From: Micromonospora parva
Lineage (GTDB): Bacteria; Actinomycetota; Actinomycetes; Mycobacteriales; Micromonosporaceae
Reading direction: 5' to 3'
NCBI RefSeq assembly: GCF_040649675.1
Contig: NZ_JBEZFX010000001.1
Coordinates: 1,111,095 to 1,143,094 of the forward strand
DNA length: 32,000 bases
A program made the translations under genes and the position numbers. Below the pieces are notes generated by a model, which was given only the letters and a program-made list of their open reading frames with translations, made no database searches and was not told the DNA's origin. Shown here piece by piece: positions 7,420 to 15,488 of this stretch. How positions within the stretch are numbered: the first letter of the stretch is position 1; each line of letters begins with the position of its first letter.

Positions 7420-8638
7420 GCCTCGTCCGACGTTCCACACCGCCGGCCCCCACGCCTCCGAACCGCCGCACCCCAGCGCGTCTGACCTGGCAGCCCTGCT
7501 CGCCGAGGGCTACCTCGGCTCGGTCTGGCTCACCGGTCAAACCGCATCGCGCGACCTTCGGCGCGGCCGGTACACCCCGGAGTCGTTGACGCACCCCGGC
7601 AAGATGCTGCCGACCATCCCCCGGTACGCCGTCCGCACCTACACCAACCCCGGTGACGTGGTGCTCGACCCCATGGCCGGCATCGGTACCACCGTCATCG
7701 AAGCCATGCGCCTCGGCCGTCACGGTGTCGGGGTCGAGTACGAAGCTGAATGGGTCGCCAAGGCGGCGGACAACATCCGCCACACCCTCCAGGCAGGGGC
7801 ATCGGGCCGGGGCGAGATCTATCACGGGGACTCGACCGCGCTGCCGTCCCTGCTGCCGGCGAGCCTGCACGGGCAAGTCTCCTTGGTGATCACCTCACCG
7901 CCGTACGGGCCGTCCACCCACGGGCACGTCCGCACCCCCGGCCCGAGGCGCGGCAAGGTCCGCAAGATCCACCACAGGTACGGCGGCACGGACAACCTCG
8001 CCTACCGCAGTCACGGCGAACTCGCTGACGGGTTCACCGCGATCCTCGCCGGCTGCGTCCAGCTCCTGCGTCCCGGCGGACACGTCGTCGTCACCGCCCG
8101 CCCCTACCGCCGCCACGGCGAACTCATCGACATCCCCGGCATGGTCGCCGCCGCCGGCATCAACGCCGGCCTCGAACTCGTCGAGGAATGCATCGCCCTC
8201 ATATGCGGCGTCCGCGACAGCGTGATCATTCCCCGGGCCTCGTTCTTCCAGCAGAAGAACACCCGTGACGCCATCGCCACCGGCGACCCGCAATGGCTCG
8301 TCCAGCACGAAGACGTCGTGGTCCTCCGCGCCCCGCGGCCACCCCGGCACGACTTCACCCAGAGCCGATCAGCCAGCGTCCATGCGCACGCTGATCGGCT
8401 TGATGCCTTCACCCCGTCCCGGATGGATCGACGTGCACACCCGGCGCGCCCAGCGAACAGCAATCCCAACGACAGCGCCACCGACACCCGGTCCCACGCG
8501 GGCCGGGACGTTGAAAGGACACCCGATCCGTGCCCGCCCAACTCACAGCCCACCCACGGGGTCATACAGCCCAATGCAACCACCGATCCCGGCAGGCCAT
8601 ACCCGCCGCCCGGATCGCCCGACACGGCGGATCAGTGA
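7412..8638 (+). CDS. DNA methyltransferase (N4-C/N6-A type, SPPY motif)
   Basis: Track ORF 7397..8638. I prefer GTG 7412 (GGTGAGGAG upstream), which overlaps the previous stop by 8 nt. Motif I is VVLDPMAGIGTTVIEA and motif IV is LVITSPPYG. The family-typical end is HEDVVVLRAPR, followed by a low-complexity tail. Confidence 0.8.
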   Translation: MPEPRPTFHTAGPHASEPPHPSASDLAALLAEGYLGSVWLTGQTASRDLRRGRYTPESLTHPGKMLPTIPRYAVRTYTNPGDVVLDPMAGIGTTVIEAMRLGRHGVGVEYEAEWVAKAADNIRHTLQAGASGRGEIYHGDSTALPSLLPASLHGQVSLVITSPPYGPSTHGHVRTPGPRRGKVRKIHHRYGGTDNLAYRSHGELADGFTAILAGCVQLLRPGGHVVVTARPYRRHGELIDIPGMVAAAGINAGLELVEECIALICGVRDSVIIPRASFFQQKNTRDAIATGDPQWLVQHEDVVVLRAPRPPRHDFTQSRSASVHAHADRLDAFTPSRMDRRAHPARPANSNPNDSATDTRSHAGRDVERTPDPCPPNSQPTHGVIQPNATTDPGRPYPPPGSPDTADQ

Positions 8639-8847
8639 TGACCGCCCCGACTCCCGCCCAGTGGCGGCCCGACCCCCTCCTAACCATCGATGACGTCGCC
8701 GCCTGGCTAGGCAAGCCGAAGAACACCCTCTACGCCTGGCACAGCCGAGGCAAGGGACCACGCGCCATCCGCGTCGGCAACACCCTGCGCTACCGGCGCA
8801 GCGAAGTCGAACGCTGGCTCGACGACCACACCGACCCGGAGCGCTGA
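8638..8847 (+). CDS. xis: Excisionase / AlpA-type HTH DNA-binding protein
   Basis: ATG 8638 shares a base with the methyltransferase stop (GTGATG). The sequence LLTIDDVAAWLGKPKNTLYAWHSRGKGPRAIRVGNTLRYRRSEVERWL is the classic excisionase HTH_17 pattern. It sits directly upstream of the integrase. Confidence 0.8.
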   Translation: MTAPTPAQWRPDPLLTIDDVAAWLGKPKNTLYAWHSRGKGPRAIRVGNTLRYRRSEVERWLDDHTDPER

Positions 8848-8850
8848 ACC

Positions 8851-10068
8851 ATGGCCCGACCCCCACTACCCATCGGCACCTTGGGCACGATCCGTACCGA
8901 GAAGCTCGGCCCCAACCGGTACTGCGCCCGAGCCCGATACCGCGACCACGACGGCAAAACCCGCGACGTCGAGGCCACCGACACCACCGCCCCCGCCGCC
9001 ATACGGGCGCTCAAAGTCAAAGTCCGCGACCGTGTCGCCCCTAACGACGACGAAATCACCAGGGAGACGCACGTCAGCACGCTCGCCGCTCTGTGGCTGG
9101 AGGAGATAGCCGCAGAGGAACGGGTATCGCCGCAAAGCATCAGCAGGTACGAGATCAGCGTGCGCGTCTCGATCGTGCCGGCTTTGGGTGAACTACGAAT
9201 CCGAGAGGCCAGCGCAGGCCGCCTCGACAAGTTCCTGCGGAAGATAGCCGAGGACCGTCCCTCAGCCGCCAAGAGCGCCAAGGTCGTCCTCGGCCAGATG
9301 TTCGCCCTGGCCGTCCGCCGGGGTGCGCTCACGACAAACCCCATCCGCGACACCGGCCAACTACGAAAGCCCCGCAAGAAGGTCGTCGCGCTTGATCGGG
9401 AGCAACTGGACGACGTTCGTTCGGCGATCCGGAAGTGGCAGCAGCCCACCCCGGGCAAGTCGGGGCCTCGGCCCACGAGCGACCTGGCCGACATCGTTGA
9501 CCTCATGCTCGCCACCGGTGCCCGCATCGGCGAAATCCTGGCAGTGCGGTGGGAAGACGCCGACCTCGCCGCTGAACATCCCACCCTCACGATCTGCGGC
9601 ACCATCATCTACATCAAAGGCAAAGGCTTCTTCCGGCAGGAATGGACAAAGAGCGATGCCGGCTACCGCTCAGTCGTCCTGCCACGATTCGCCGTCGGGA
9701 TGCTCTTGGGGCGCAAGCTCACCGCCGCCGCCGACCCCAACGACGCGATCTTCCCCTCCCGACGTGGCACCTGGCTGTCTCCACCTAACGTTCGCCGCCA
9801 GTGGCGCGCAGCCCGCGCTGACACCGGCCTTGAATGGGTCACTCCCCACACGTTCCGCAAGACCGTTGCCACCTTGATCGACAAGGAGGCCAGCACAGAA
9901 AGCGCCGCCGCACAGCTCGGCCACGGGAGTAAGGAGACCACCAAGAAGCACTACATCGTTAAGCCCGCCCTTGCCCCCGACAGCTCTGCCATCCTCGAAC
10001 GGCTCGGGGGCAGGTCGGAGTCAGGCGATTCCGAACCCCGCAACCCTGGCCCGACCCGGACCGCATAG
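8851..10068 (+). CDS. int: Tyrosine recombinase / phage-type integrase
   Basis: Track ORF of 405 aa. Catalytic pattern: ATGARIGEILAVRWEDAD (Arg), TPHTFRKTVATL (H-x-x-R), LGHGSKETTKKHY (His...Tyr). Confidence 0.9.
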   Translation: MARPPLPIGTLGTIRTEKLGPNRYCARARYRDHDGKTRDVEATDTTAPAAIRALKVKVRDRVAPNDDEITRETHVSTLAALWLEEIAAEERVSPQSISRYEISVRVSIVPALGELRIREASAGRLDKFLRKIAEDRPSAAKSAKVVLGQMFALAVRRGALTTNPIRDTGQLRKPRKKVVALDREQLDDVRSAIRKWQQPTPGKSGPRPTSDLADIVDLMLATGARIGEILAVRWEDADLAAEHPTLTICGTIIYIKGKGFFRQEWTKSDAGYRSVVLPRFAVGMLLGRKLTAAADPNDAIFPSRRGTWLSPPNVRRQWRAARADTGLEWVTPHTFRKTVATLIDKEASTESAAAQLGHGSKETTKKHYIVKPALAPDSSAILERLGGRSESGDSEPRNPGPTRTA

Positions 10069-10181
10069 ACCGGCCATGTGTGGCGGCCAGTACGCCTGCC
10101 ACGCGGGTCTGCCGAACCTGATCGCCCCGGGCGTTAGTGAGGGGTTTTCGGGGGAGGGTTCGAAACTACATAGACAACCAT

Positions 10182-10219
10182 AAAGGCCCTGGCCAGCTTT
10201 TTGCTGGTCAGGGCCTTTA
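10182..10219 (-). terminator. Stem-loop immediately 3' of the tRNA fragment (rho-independent terminator-like)
   Basis: AAAGGCCCTGGCCAGC-TTTTT-GCTGGTCAGGGCCTTT forms a 16-bp stem with one G/A mismatch. On the minus strand it follows the CCA end at 10222 and is followed by a T-rich run (TTTATGGTTGT). Confidence 0.55.
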
Positions 10220-10221
10220 TG

Positions 10222-10266
10222 TGGTGCGCCGCCAGGGACTCGAACCCCGAACCCGCGGATTAAGAG
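10222..10266 (-). other. att site: 3' 45 nt of a tRNA-Lys(CUU) (anticodon loop to CCA), with no 5' half
   Basis: The minus strand reads CTCTTAATCCGCGGGTTCGGGGTTCGAGTCCCTGGCGGCGCACCA. This gives the anticodon loop CUCUUAA, the T-arm CGGGG-TTCGAGT-CCCTG, the acceptor 3' strand GCGGCGC, the discriminator A and CCA. The required 5' acceptor strand GCGCCGC and the 5' anticodon-stem strand GCGGA are absent from the adjacent 10267-10300. The xis-int-att order is the arrangement known for actinomycete integrative elements. Confidence 0.75.
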
Positions 10267-10945
10267 CTTGATCTTGGGGGAGGTACCCGATCCAAGCGGG
10301 GTCGAGTGAGTCCATCTGGTCGCTGTTGTGGCCCGAACCAGCCGGGTCGGGCGTCCAGCCAGTCCACCCGACCACGGGTCCGTCCATGGCGCCTGAGCAC
10401 CCGTCGAGCACCAATGAGCGCCACAGTTGGTCAAGCAGGCCGGGTCAGCGTCTAGCGGGGTGGTGACGGGCGAGTCTCTGCCTGGGCGACGAAGGACGTC
10501 CGCGCCGATCCAGGTATCCGCAGCCGGCACCCCCGGACGACGCCCAACGCCCCGTCAACCACGGGCTCCGCCCAAGCAGCCCCCGCAACTCGTCCTCGCG
10601 CACGCCCCCACGTCGTCCTGCCACGTGACGACCTGGCCAGCCAGCGTCTCACCCAGCCGGCACCGAGGTGGCCGTAGAGCTGCGCTGATCGCCGCAATCA
10701 ACAGGCGGATGGCAGCTAGGTCAGATCGGTCTCCGGTGCCTCGTCTACCATCATCCGTCGGGTGTAGCCGCCATGCCACGCCCGTCGCCACGGCCCGCCG
10801 ACAGGGGTGCCGCCGCCAGGTGGCAGACCCCCAGCGCCCCACCAAGAAGCACCAAGCCAGGGCGGGCAGATCGCACTCCCAGCGGCTGACGCCTGAGGCT
10901 ACGTACAGTCTCAGCCTTTGCGTAGGCTCTGGGAGCAACTGCCAG

Positions 10946-12400
10946 GTGAAGGATAGGACGTCGACCTTGCGAGCCGAGACTAGAGACAGCGTCAACAAGG
11001 TGTGGGCACTCTGTAACGCGCTGAAGGACGACGGCGTCACTTTCCACCAGTATCTTGTAGAGCTGTCGTACCTCCTGTTCCTGAAGCTTGCTGCCGAGTT
11101 GAAGGTCGAGCACAAGCTTCCACAAGGATGCAGCTGGAGCGCTCTCACAGAATGCCCCGAGAACGTCCTCCTGGAGCGGTATGGAGGATTGCTTCGCTCG
11201 CTTGCGACATCAGACTCCGCGGTTGTCAGCAGGATCTTTGCGCAGAGTCGCACCTCCATAAAGAAGGCCAAGACCCTCAGAGTCCTCGTTCAGAGCATCG
11301 ACCGCTTCGCTTGGTACGAGATCTCTCGCGAAGGCCTAGGGGACCTTTACGAAGGCCTACTCGAAAAGAATGCGAATGAGAAGCGGTCGGGTGCCGGACA
11401 GTATTTCACGCCAAGACTGTTGATCGACAGCATAGTCCGGGTGATGAAGCCAACGCTGCGAGACGTAATTCAAGACCCAGCTGCAGGTACTGCAGGCTTT
11501 CTCGTTTCAGCCGGCAATTATATTCGAGCGACCAGCGATACATGGTCCGAAGTCTCAGAAAAAGAACTTTCGGCCATTTTTCATGGAGTCGAACATGTCG
11601 ACGACACGTATTCACTTGCCCTGATGAACCTGTTCTTGCATGGCCTCGTGAATGATGATGCTGTCGGATTGGTATACGGAGACACGCTGTCAAGCGCAGG
11701 TGAGGACCTCCCGCCGGCAACTCTCATCTTGAGCAACCCTCCTTTCGGAACCAAGCGTGGAGGTGGCCTTCCGGATCGCGACGACCTCCCCTTCCCCACA
11801 AGCAATAAACAACTCTGCTTTGTTCAACACATCATTTCAGCGCTTGCGCCCGGTGGACGGGCGGCGATCGTAGTACCTGACAACGTCTTATACGAGGAGA
11901 CGGTGGGTCTCAACGTTCGCCGGTACATGATGGATGCGTGTGACCTTCACACCATGCTCCGCCTGCCACCAGGGCTCTTCTACGCGGCTTCCGTGAAGAC
12001 GCATGTGCTTTTTATAACTAAGAACGATGGCCACAGCGTTCAAGGCACCAAGGACCTCTGGTTGTATGACCTCAGAGGGCAGGGCAATGGGCGCAGCAAA
12101 TCCGAGAGTCTCACCCAAGATATGCTGCGAGCGTTCGAGCATGCCTATGGGCATGACCCGAACGTTGCCCCTGGAGCCCGACGCACAAGATATGAGTCCC
12201 TCAGCGACTCATATCAGGTTTTCTCGCGTGCGGAGATCAGGGAGCGCGGGGACAACCTGGCACTGTCTATAGGGGTAGAGCCCACCGTTGAGTCGCAGGA
12301 GGACCCCGAGGAGGCTCTACTACTCCTCGAAAAGAGCCTAGAAAGTAGCATGTCTGCGCTTAGAGAGCTCAGCGATATGGTCCGAAGGGGACCAGCGTGA
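10946..12400 (+). CDS. hsdM: Type I restriction-modification system methyltransferase subunit (N6-adenine)
   Basis: Track ORF 10427..12400. I start it at in-frame GTG 10946 (GGGAG 10 nt upstream), where GC drops and the HsdM_N-like sequence begins (VNKVWALCNALKDDGVTFHQYLVELSYLLFLKL). Motifs seen: GQYFTPR, motif I IQDPAAGTAGFL and motif IV LILSNPPFGTK. Confidence 0.9.
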   Translation: MKDRTSTLRAETRDSVNKVWALCNALKDDGVTFHQYLVELSYLLFLKLAAELKVEHKLPQGCSWSALTECPENVLLERYGGLLRSLATSDSAVVSRIFAQSRTSIKKAKTLRVLVQSIDRFAWYEISREGLGDLYEGLLEKNANEKRSGAGQYFTPRLLIDSIVRVMKPTLRDVIQDPAAGTAGFLVSAGNYIRATSDTWSEVSEKELSAIFHGVEHVDDTYSLALMNLFLHGLVNDDAVGLVYGDTLSSAGEDLPPATLILSNPPFGTKRGGGLPDRDDLPFPTSNKQLCFVQHIISALAPGGRAAIVVPDNVLYEETVGLNVRRYMMDACDLHTMLRLPPGLFYAASVKTHVLFITKNDGHSVQGTKDLWLYDLRGQGNGRSKSESLTQDMLRAFEHAYGHDPNVAPGARRTRYESLSDSYQVFSRAEIRERGDNLALSIGVEPTVESQEDPEEALLLLEKSLESSMSALRELSDMVRRGPA

Positions 12401-13920
12401 GCAATCTGCCTTCGCCGCACCCCGTCAAGCTCGGCGAATGCGTGTACGTCGCGACCCGGTCGAAGGCGGAACCCTCGGAGATCCCTGGCGAGGCATGGTT
12501 GCTGGAGCTGGAGGATATCGAGCGGGATACCGGCCGACTCTTGCAGCGCGTGACCAAAGCCGAACGGGCGCCTAGAAGCGAAAAGACGCGGTTCTTGGCG
12601 GGCGACATCCTTTATGGCAAGCTTCGTCCATATCTGAACAAGGTCATCCAGGCGACAGATAGCGGTTATTGCTCTACCGAGATTGTTCCGCTTCGAGTCC
12701 CCCACGCCCTCGAAGGTAAGTACCTCTACTACTGGATGCAACATCCTACTTTCCGAGACTATGCGAATGTTGTTAGTCAAGGAACTAACATGCCCAGGGT
12801 TAGTCCTGCGAAGCTTCGCGACGCCCCTTTCCTACTCGCCTCGGCCTCGCGGCAGCGCTCCATCGCCGACTACCTCGATGACGTCTTTCTCCGCATTGAA
12901 ACTATTCGTGACGCTGTAGCACAGGTTCCGAATACTCTAGACGCGGTTTGGGCCTACCATGCTGAGCGGACCCTAGGTGAGCTTGCTGAACGAGAACCGA
13001 CGGTACGGCTAGAAGACGTCGTAATAAGGGCGAACTACGGGACTAGCAAGAAATCTTCTCGGGAGGGCCATGTTCCGGTCCTGAGAATGGGCAACTTGCA
13101 GGACGGCGAGATCGACTGGTCCGATTTGGCCTACAGTTCCGACCATACGGAAATCGACAAGTACGGCCTCAATGAGGGCGACCTGCTTTTCAATCGCACA
13201 AATAGTCCTGAGCTTGTCGGAAAAACGGCTGTATATCGTGGGGGCCGTCGCGCGATCTTCGCCGGGTATTTGATTCGTCTCCAACTCGCGGAAAACGTGC
13301 TTCCTGAGTACCTTTCCGTTGTGCTCAACTCGCCCCTAGGGCGCGCCTATTGCCGCAGCGTCAAAGTCGATGGCCTGAGTCAGTCGAACATCAACCTGAA
13401 AAGCCTACTCAATTTTCGTTTTACTCTGCCCAGCGTCGCTAGGCAGGAGGCCGTCGTGAATGGGCTGATGGCGGCCAAGAAGCACGTCAGGCACCTCCAG
13501 CAGGCTGGGATGGATATCCTCGAGGGCCTTCCCGGCGTGCGCGATATTGCCTTACGACGGGCCTTTGCCGGGCTGCCGTCATCACGGAGTGCGTTCGATG
13601 AGGCGGACTCATTGCTGCTCGAGGGGATCGAGGAGGGGGTGCGTTCGATGGCTCAGCGGGATGTGGTTGATGCTCGGGAACGCCGTAACCGGCCGAAAGT
13701 TGAAAATCGACGGCTGCTAAGTCGCGGAGAGATTTCCGGAGACCATCTGAGCCAACTGATCCAGAGCGACAATGGCCTTAGACCCATAGATCTATGGGAG
13801 GAGTCGAGGCTCAGCATTGATGACTTCTACGATCAGCTTCGTGACGAAGTCATTGCCGGCCTTATCGTGGAACTTCGCTCGGACGACGATGACTCGGAAC
13901 GAAGGTTGGTGCGGCGGTGA
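12397..13920 (+). CDS. hsdS: Type I R-M specificity subunit with an extra ~110-aa C-terminal extension
   Basis: GTGA overlap with hsdM at 12397-12400. Two target-recognition-domain halves are seen (LGECVYVATRS...; VRLEDVVIRANYGTSKK...). Conserved spacer helices end in the usual RRAFAGL at aa ~388-393, yet the ORF continues to aa 507. Confidence 0.85.
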   Translation: MSNLPSPHPVKLGECVYVATRSKAEPSEIPGEAWLLELEDIERDTGRLLQRVTKAERAPRSEKTRFLAGDILYGKLRPYLNKVIQATDSGYCSTEIVPLRVPHALEGKYLYYWMQHPTFRDYANVVSQGTNMPRVSPAKLRDAPFLLASASRQRSIADYLDDVFLRIETIRDAVAQVPNTLDAVWAYHAERTLGELAEREPTVRLEDVVIRANYGTSKKSSREGHVPVLRMGNLQDGEIDWSDLAYSSDHTEIDKYGLNEGDLLFNRTNSPELVGKTAVYRGGRRAIFAGYLIRLQLAENVLPEYLSVVLNSPLGRAYCRSVKVDGLSQSNINLKSLLNFRFTLPSVARQEAVVNGLMAAKKHVRHLQQAGMDILEGLPGVRDIALRRAFAGLPSSRSAFDEADSLLLEGIEEGVRSMAQRDVVDARERRNRPKVENRRLLSRGEISGDHLSQLIQSDNGLRPIDLWEESRLSIDDFYDQLRDEVIAGLIVELRSDDDDSERRLVRR

Positions 13921-15488
13921 AAATCCTCAGCTTGAGCCTGCCTAGCTACCGGAACTTGCGAGACTTTGTAATCAACTTTGACGAGGAGCAATCGACAACT
14001 GCGCTTATTGGTGGAAATGGCACGGGTAAGTCACACCTCATCGAAGCGATTGTAGAAATCTTCCGAGATCTAGAGAATGCAGAGGCGTCAGCCTTTCCTT
14101 ACACGATTCTGTATACGTGTCGAGGGCAAACCATAGAGGTTTCTAACGACCCAACTAAGATCTCACGACCCCTAACGATCAACGTCAACGGCGAGCGGCT
14201 TACTCAGAAGCGATTCCGCGAGCAGGCGGGGCAACTCCTCCCCAGCTACGTGTTCGCCTATTATTCTGGGTGGAGCGACCGTTTGGAGAGGCAGTTCGAC
14301 GAGCCGACCCGTCGCCATTACGAAGCAGTGATGGATAGTGGGGGCGTTGGCCTGCCGCTCAGGCGTATGTTCTTCTGCCGCAAGGAATATAGTCAGCTAG
14401 TCCTGCTCGCCTTCTTCCTGGCTCCGCCGGACATCGCTCGTGTTGTCCTCGAGAAGTACCTCGCGATTGCGGACTTCGACTCCGCGCTATTTGTCCTCAA
14501 ACGCCCCTGGTGGTTTAGCGGCAAACCCAATCGGGCCCAACTTGAGGATGGTGATCCGCGATTCTGGTATGCGCGCGGTGCCTTCCGGCCCTTCCTTGCA
14601 AAGTTGTGGAACGAATCATTAGCCCCTATCCGGGTCGAGGATCGTGTTGCAAGGGATATTCGGAAGCAGCCGGAGCAGTCGGAGCGTCAGTATCTATTCC
14701 TACGAGATTTGAACAGCCTTGCCCGGCTCCAACGTTCAGGCGACGAAGTTAAAGAACTATTCGGCCACCTAGAGAGCCTGTTTCTATGTGACCTAATCGA
14801 TGAAGTGCGGGTCGTAATTCGTCGAACCGATGGCCATCGAGTTAAGTTCGTCCAGATGAGCGAAGGTGAGCAGCAGTTCCTAACCGTCCTAGGGCTGATG
14901 CTGTTCACGAGGAACGACGAGTCGTTGTATCTGCTCGATGAGCCGGATACGCATCTGAATCCAATCTGGACCTACGAGTATCTAAGCCTGTTGCAGGATA
15001 CTATTCGCCAAGACAAGGGGCAGCTTCTTGTCGCGACTCATAATCCTCTTATGATCGGTGGTCTAGTCCGCGAGCAGGTGCGTCGCTTCAACCGTCAAGG
15101 CACGAGCCATGTCGCGACCGAGCCGGAATACGATCCTGTCAGCATGAGCATCGAGGGGGTTCTCCGCTCGGAGATGTACGGCCTTCGATCAACCCTTAGC
15201 AAGCAGGTGCTCGCACTTCTTGACGAGCAATATTCGCTTCTGGGAGAGGACCTTTCCGATCAAGGAAGAGCGCGCCTGAGTCAAGTGTCCCGTGAGTTGA
15301 ACGAGCTTGGCATTGCGCACACCTATCCTAACCCCTACTTTAATAGCTTCGCGGCTGCATTGGCACGTCGAAGGCAATCGGATGCAGTAACGCTAACTGA
15401 GGAGGAAATGGGCGAGCAAGCTGCTCTGTCGGACCAAATTCTTCGTGAGCTCGAACTGGAGGAGACCGAGGATGGGGAGTCGGCTTGA
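13917..15488 (+). CDS. ptuA: ABC/AAA_21-type ATPase, Septu PtuA-like
   Basis: GTGA overlap with hsdS at 13917-13920. Motifs: Walker A LIGGNGTGKSHL, ABC-signature-like MSEGEQQFL, Walker B SLYLLDEPDTHLNP and H-loop LLVATHNP. It sits immediately upstream of an HNH protein. Confidence 0.7.
   Translation: MKILSLSLPSYRNLRDFVINFDEEQSTTALIGGNGTGKSHLIEAIVEIFRDLENAEASAFPYTILYTCRGQTIEVSNDPTKISRPLTINVNGERLTQKRFREQAGQLLPSYVFAYYSGWSDRLERQFDEPTRRHYEAVMDSGGVGLPLRRMFFCRKEYSQLVLLAFFLAPPDIARVVLEKYLAIADFDSALFVLKRPWWFSGKPNRAQLEDGDPRFWYARGAFRPFLAKLWNESLAPIRVEDRVARDIRKQPEQSERQYLFLRDLNSLARLQRSGDEVKELFGHLESLFLCDLIDEVRVVIRRTDGHRVKFVQMSEGEQQFLTVLGLMLFTRNDESLYLLDEPDTHLNPIWTYEYLSLLQDTIRQDKGQLLVATHNPLMIGGLVREQVRRFNRQGTSHVATEPEYDPVSMSIEGVLRSEMYGLRSTLSKQVLALLDEQYSLLGEDLSDQGRARLSQVSRELNELGIAHTYPNPYFNSFAAALARRRQSDAVTLTEEEMGEQAALSDQILRELELEETEDGESA

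Larger units (their letters stand above)
1..10266. mobile_element. Int-proximal part of a T4SS-type integrative conjugative element (continues beyond the left edge)
   Basis: A VirB4/VirB3/VirB6/VirB2-like operon, regulator, methyltransferases, xis-int and a tRNA-derived att fragment lie in one contiguous block. Confidence 0.7.

Noticed and set aside
10222-10300. A complete tRNA-Lys gene.
   Set aside because: The T-arm, acceptor 3' strand and anticodon loop are present. However, no complementary 5' acceptor strand (GCGCCGC), D-arm or 5' anticodon-stem strand is found in the adjoining sequence.
10427-10945. The N-terminal 173-codon extension of hsdM suggested by the track ORF (10427..12400).
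   Set aside because: It is high-GC, Arg/Pro-rich and has no HsdM_N similarity. The composition change and an RBS+GTG at 10946 mark the real start.
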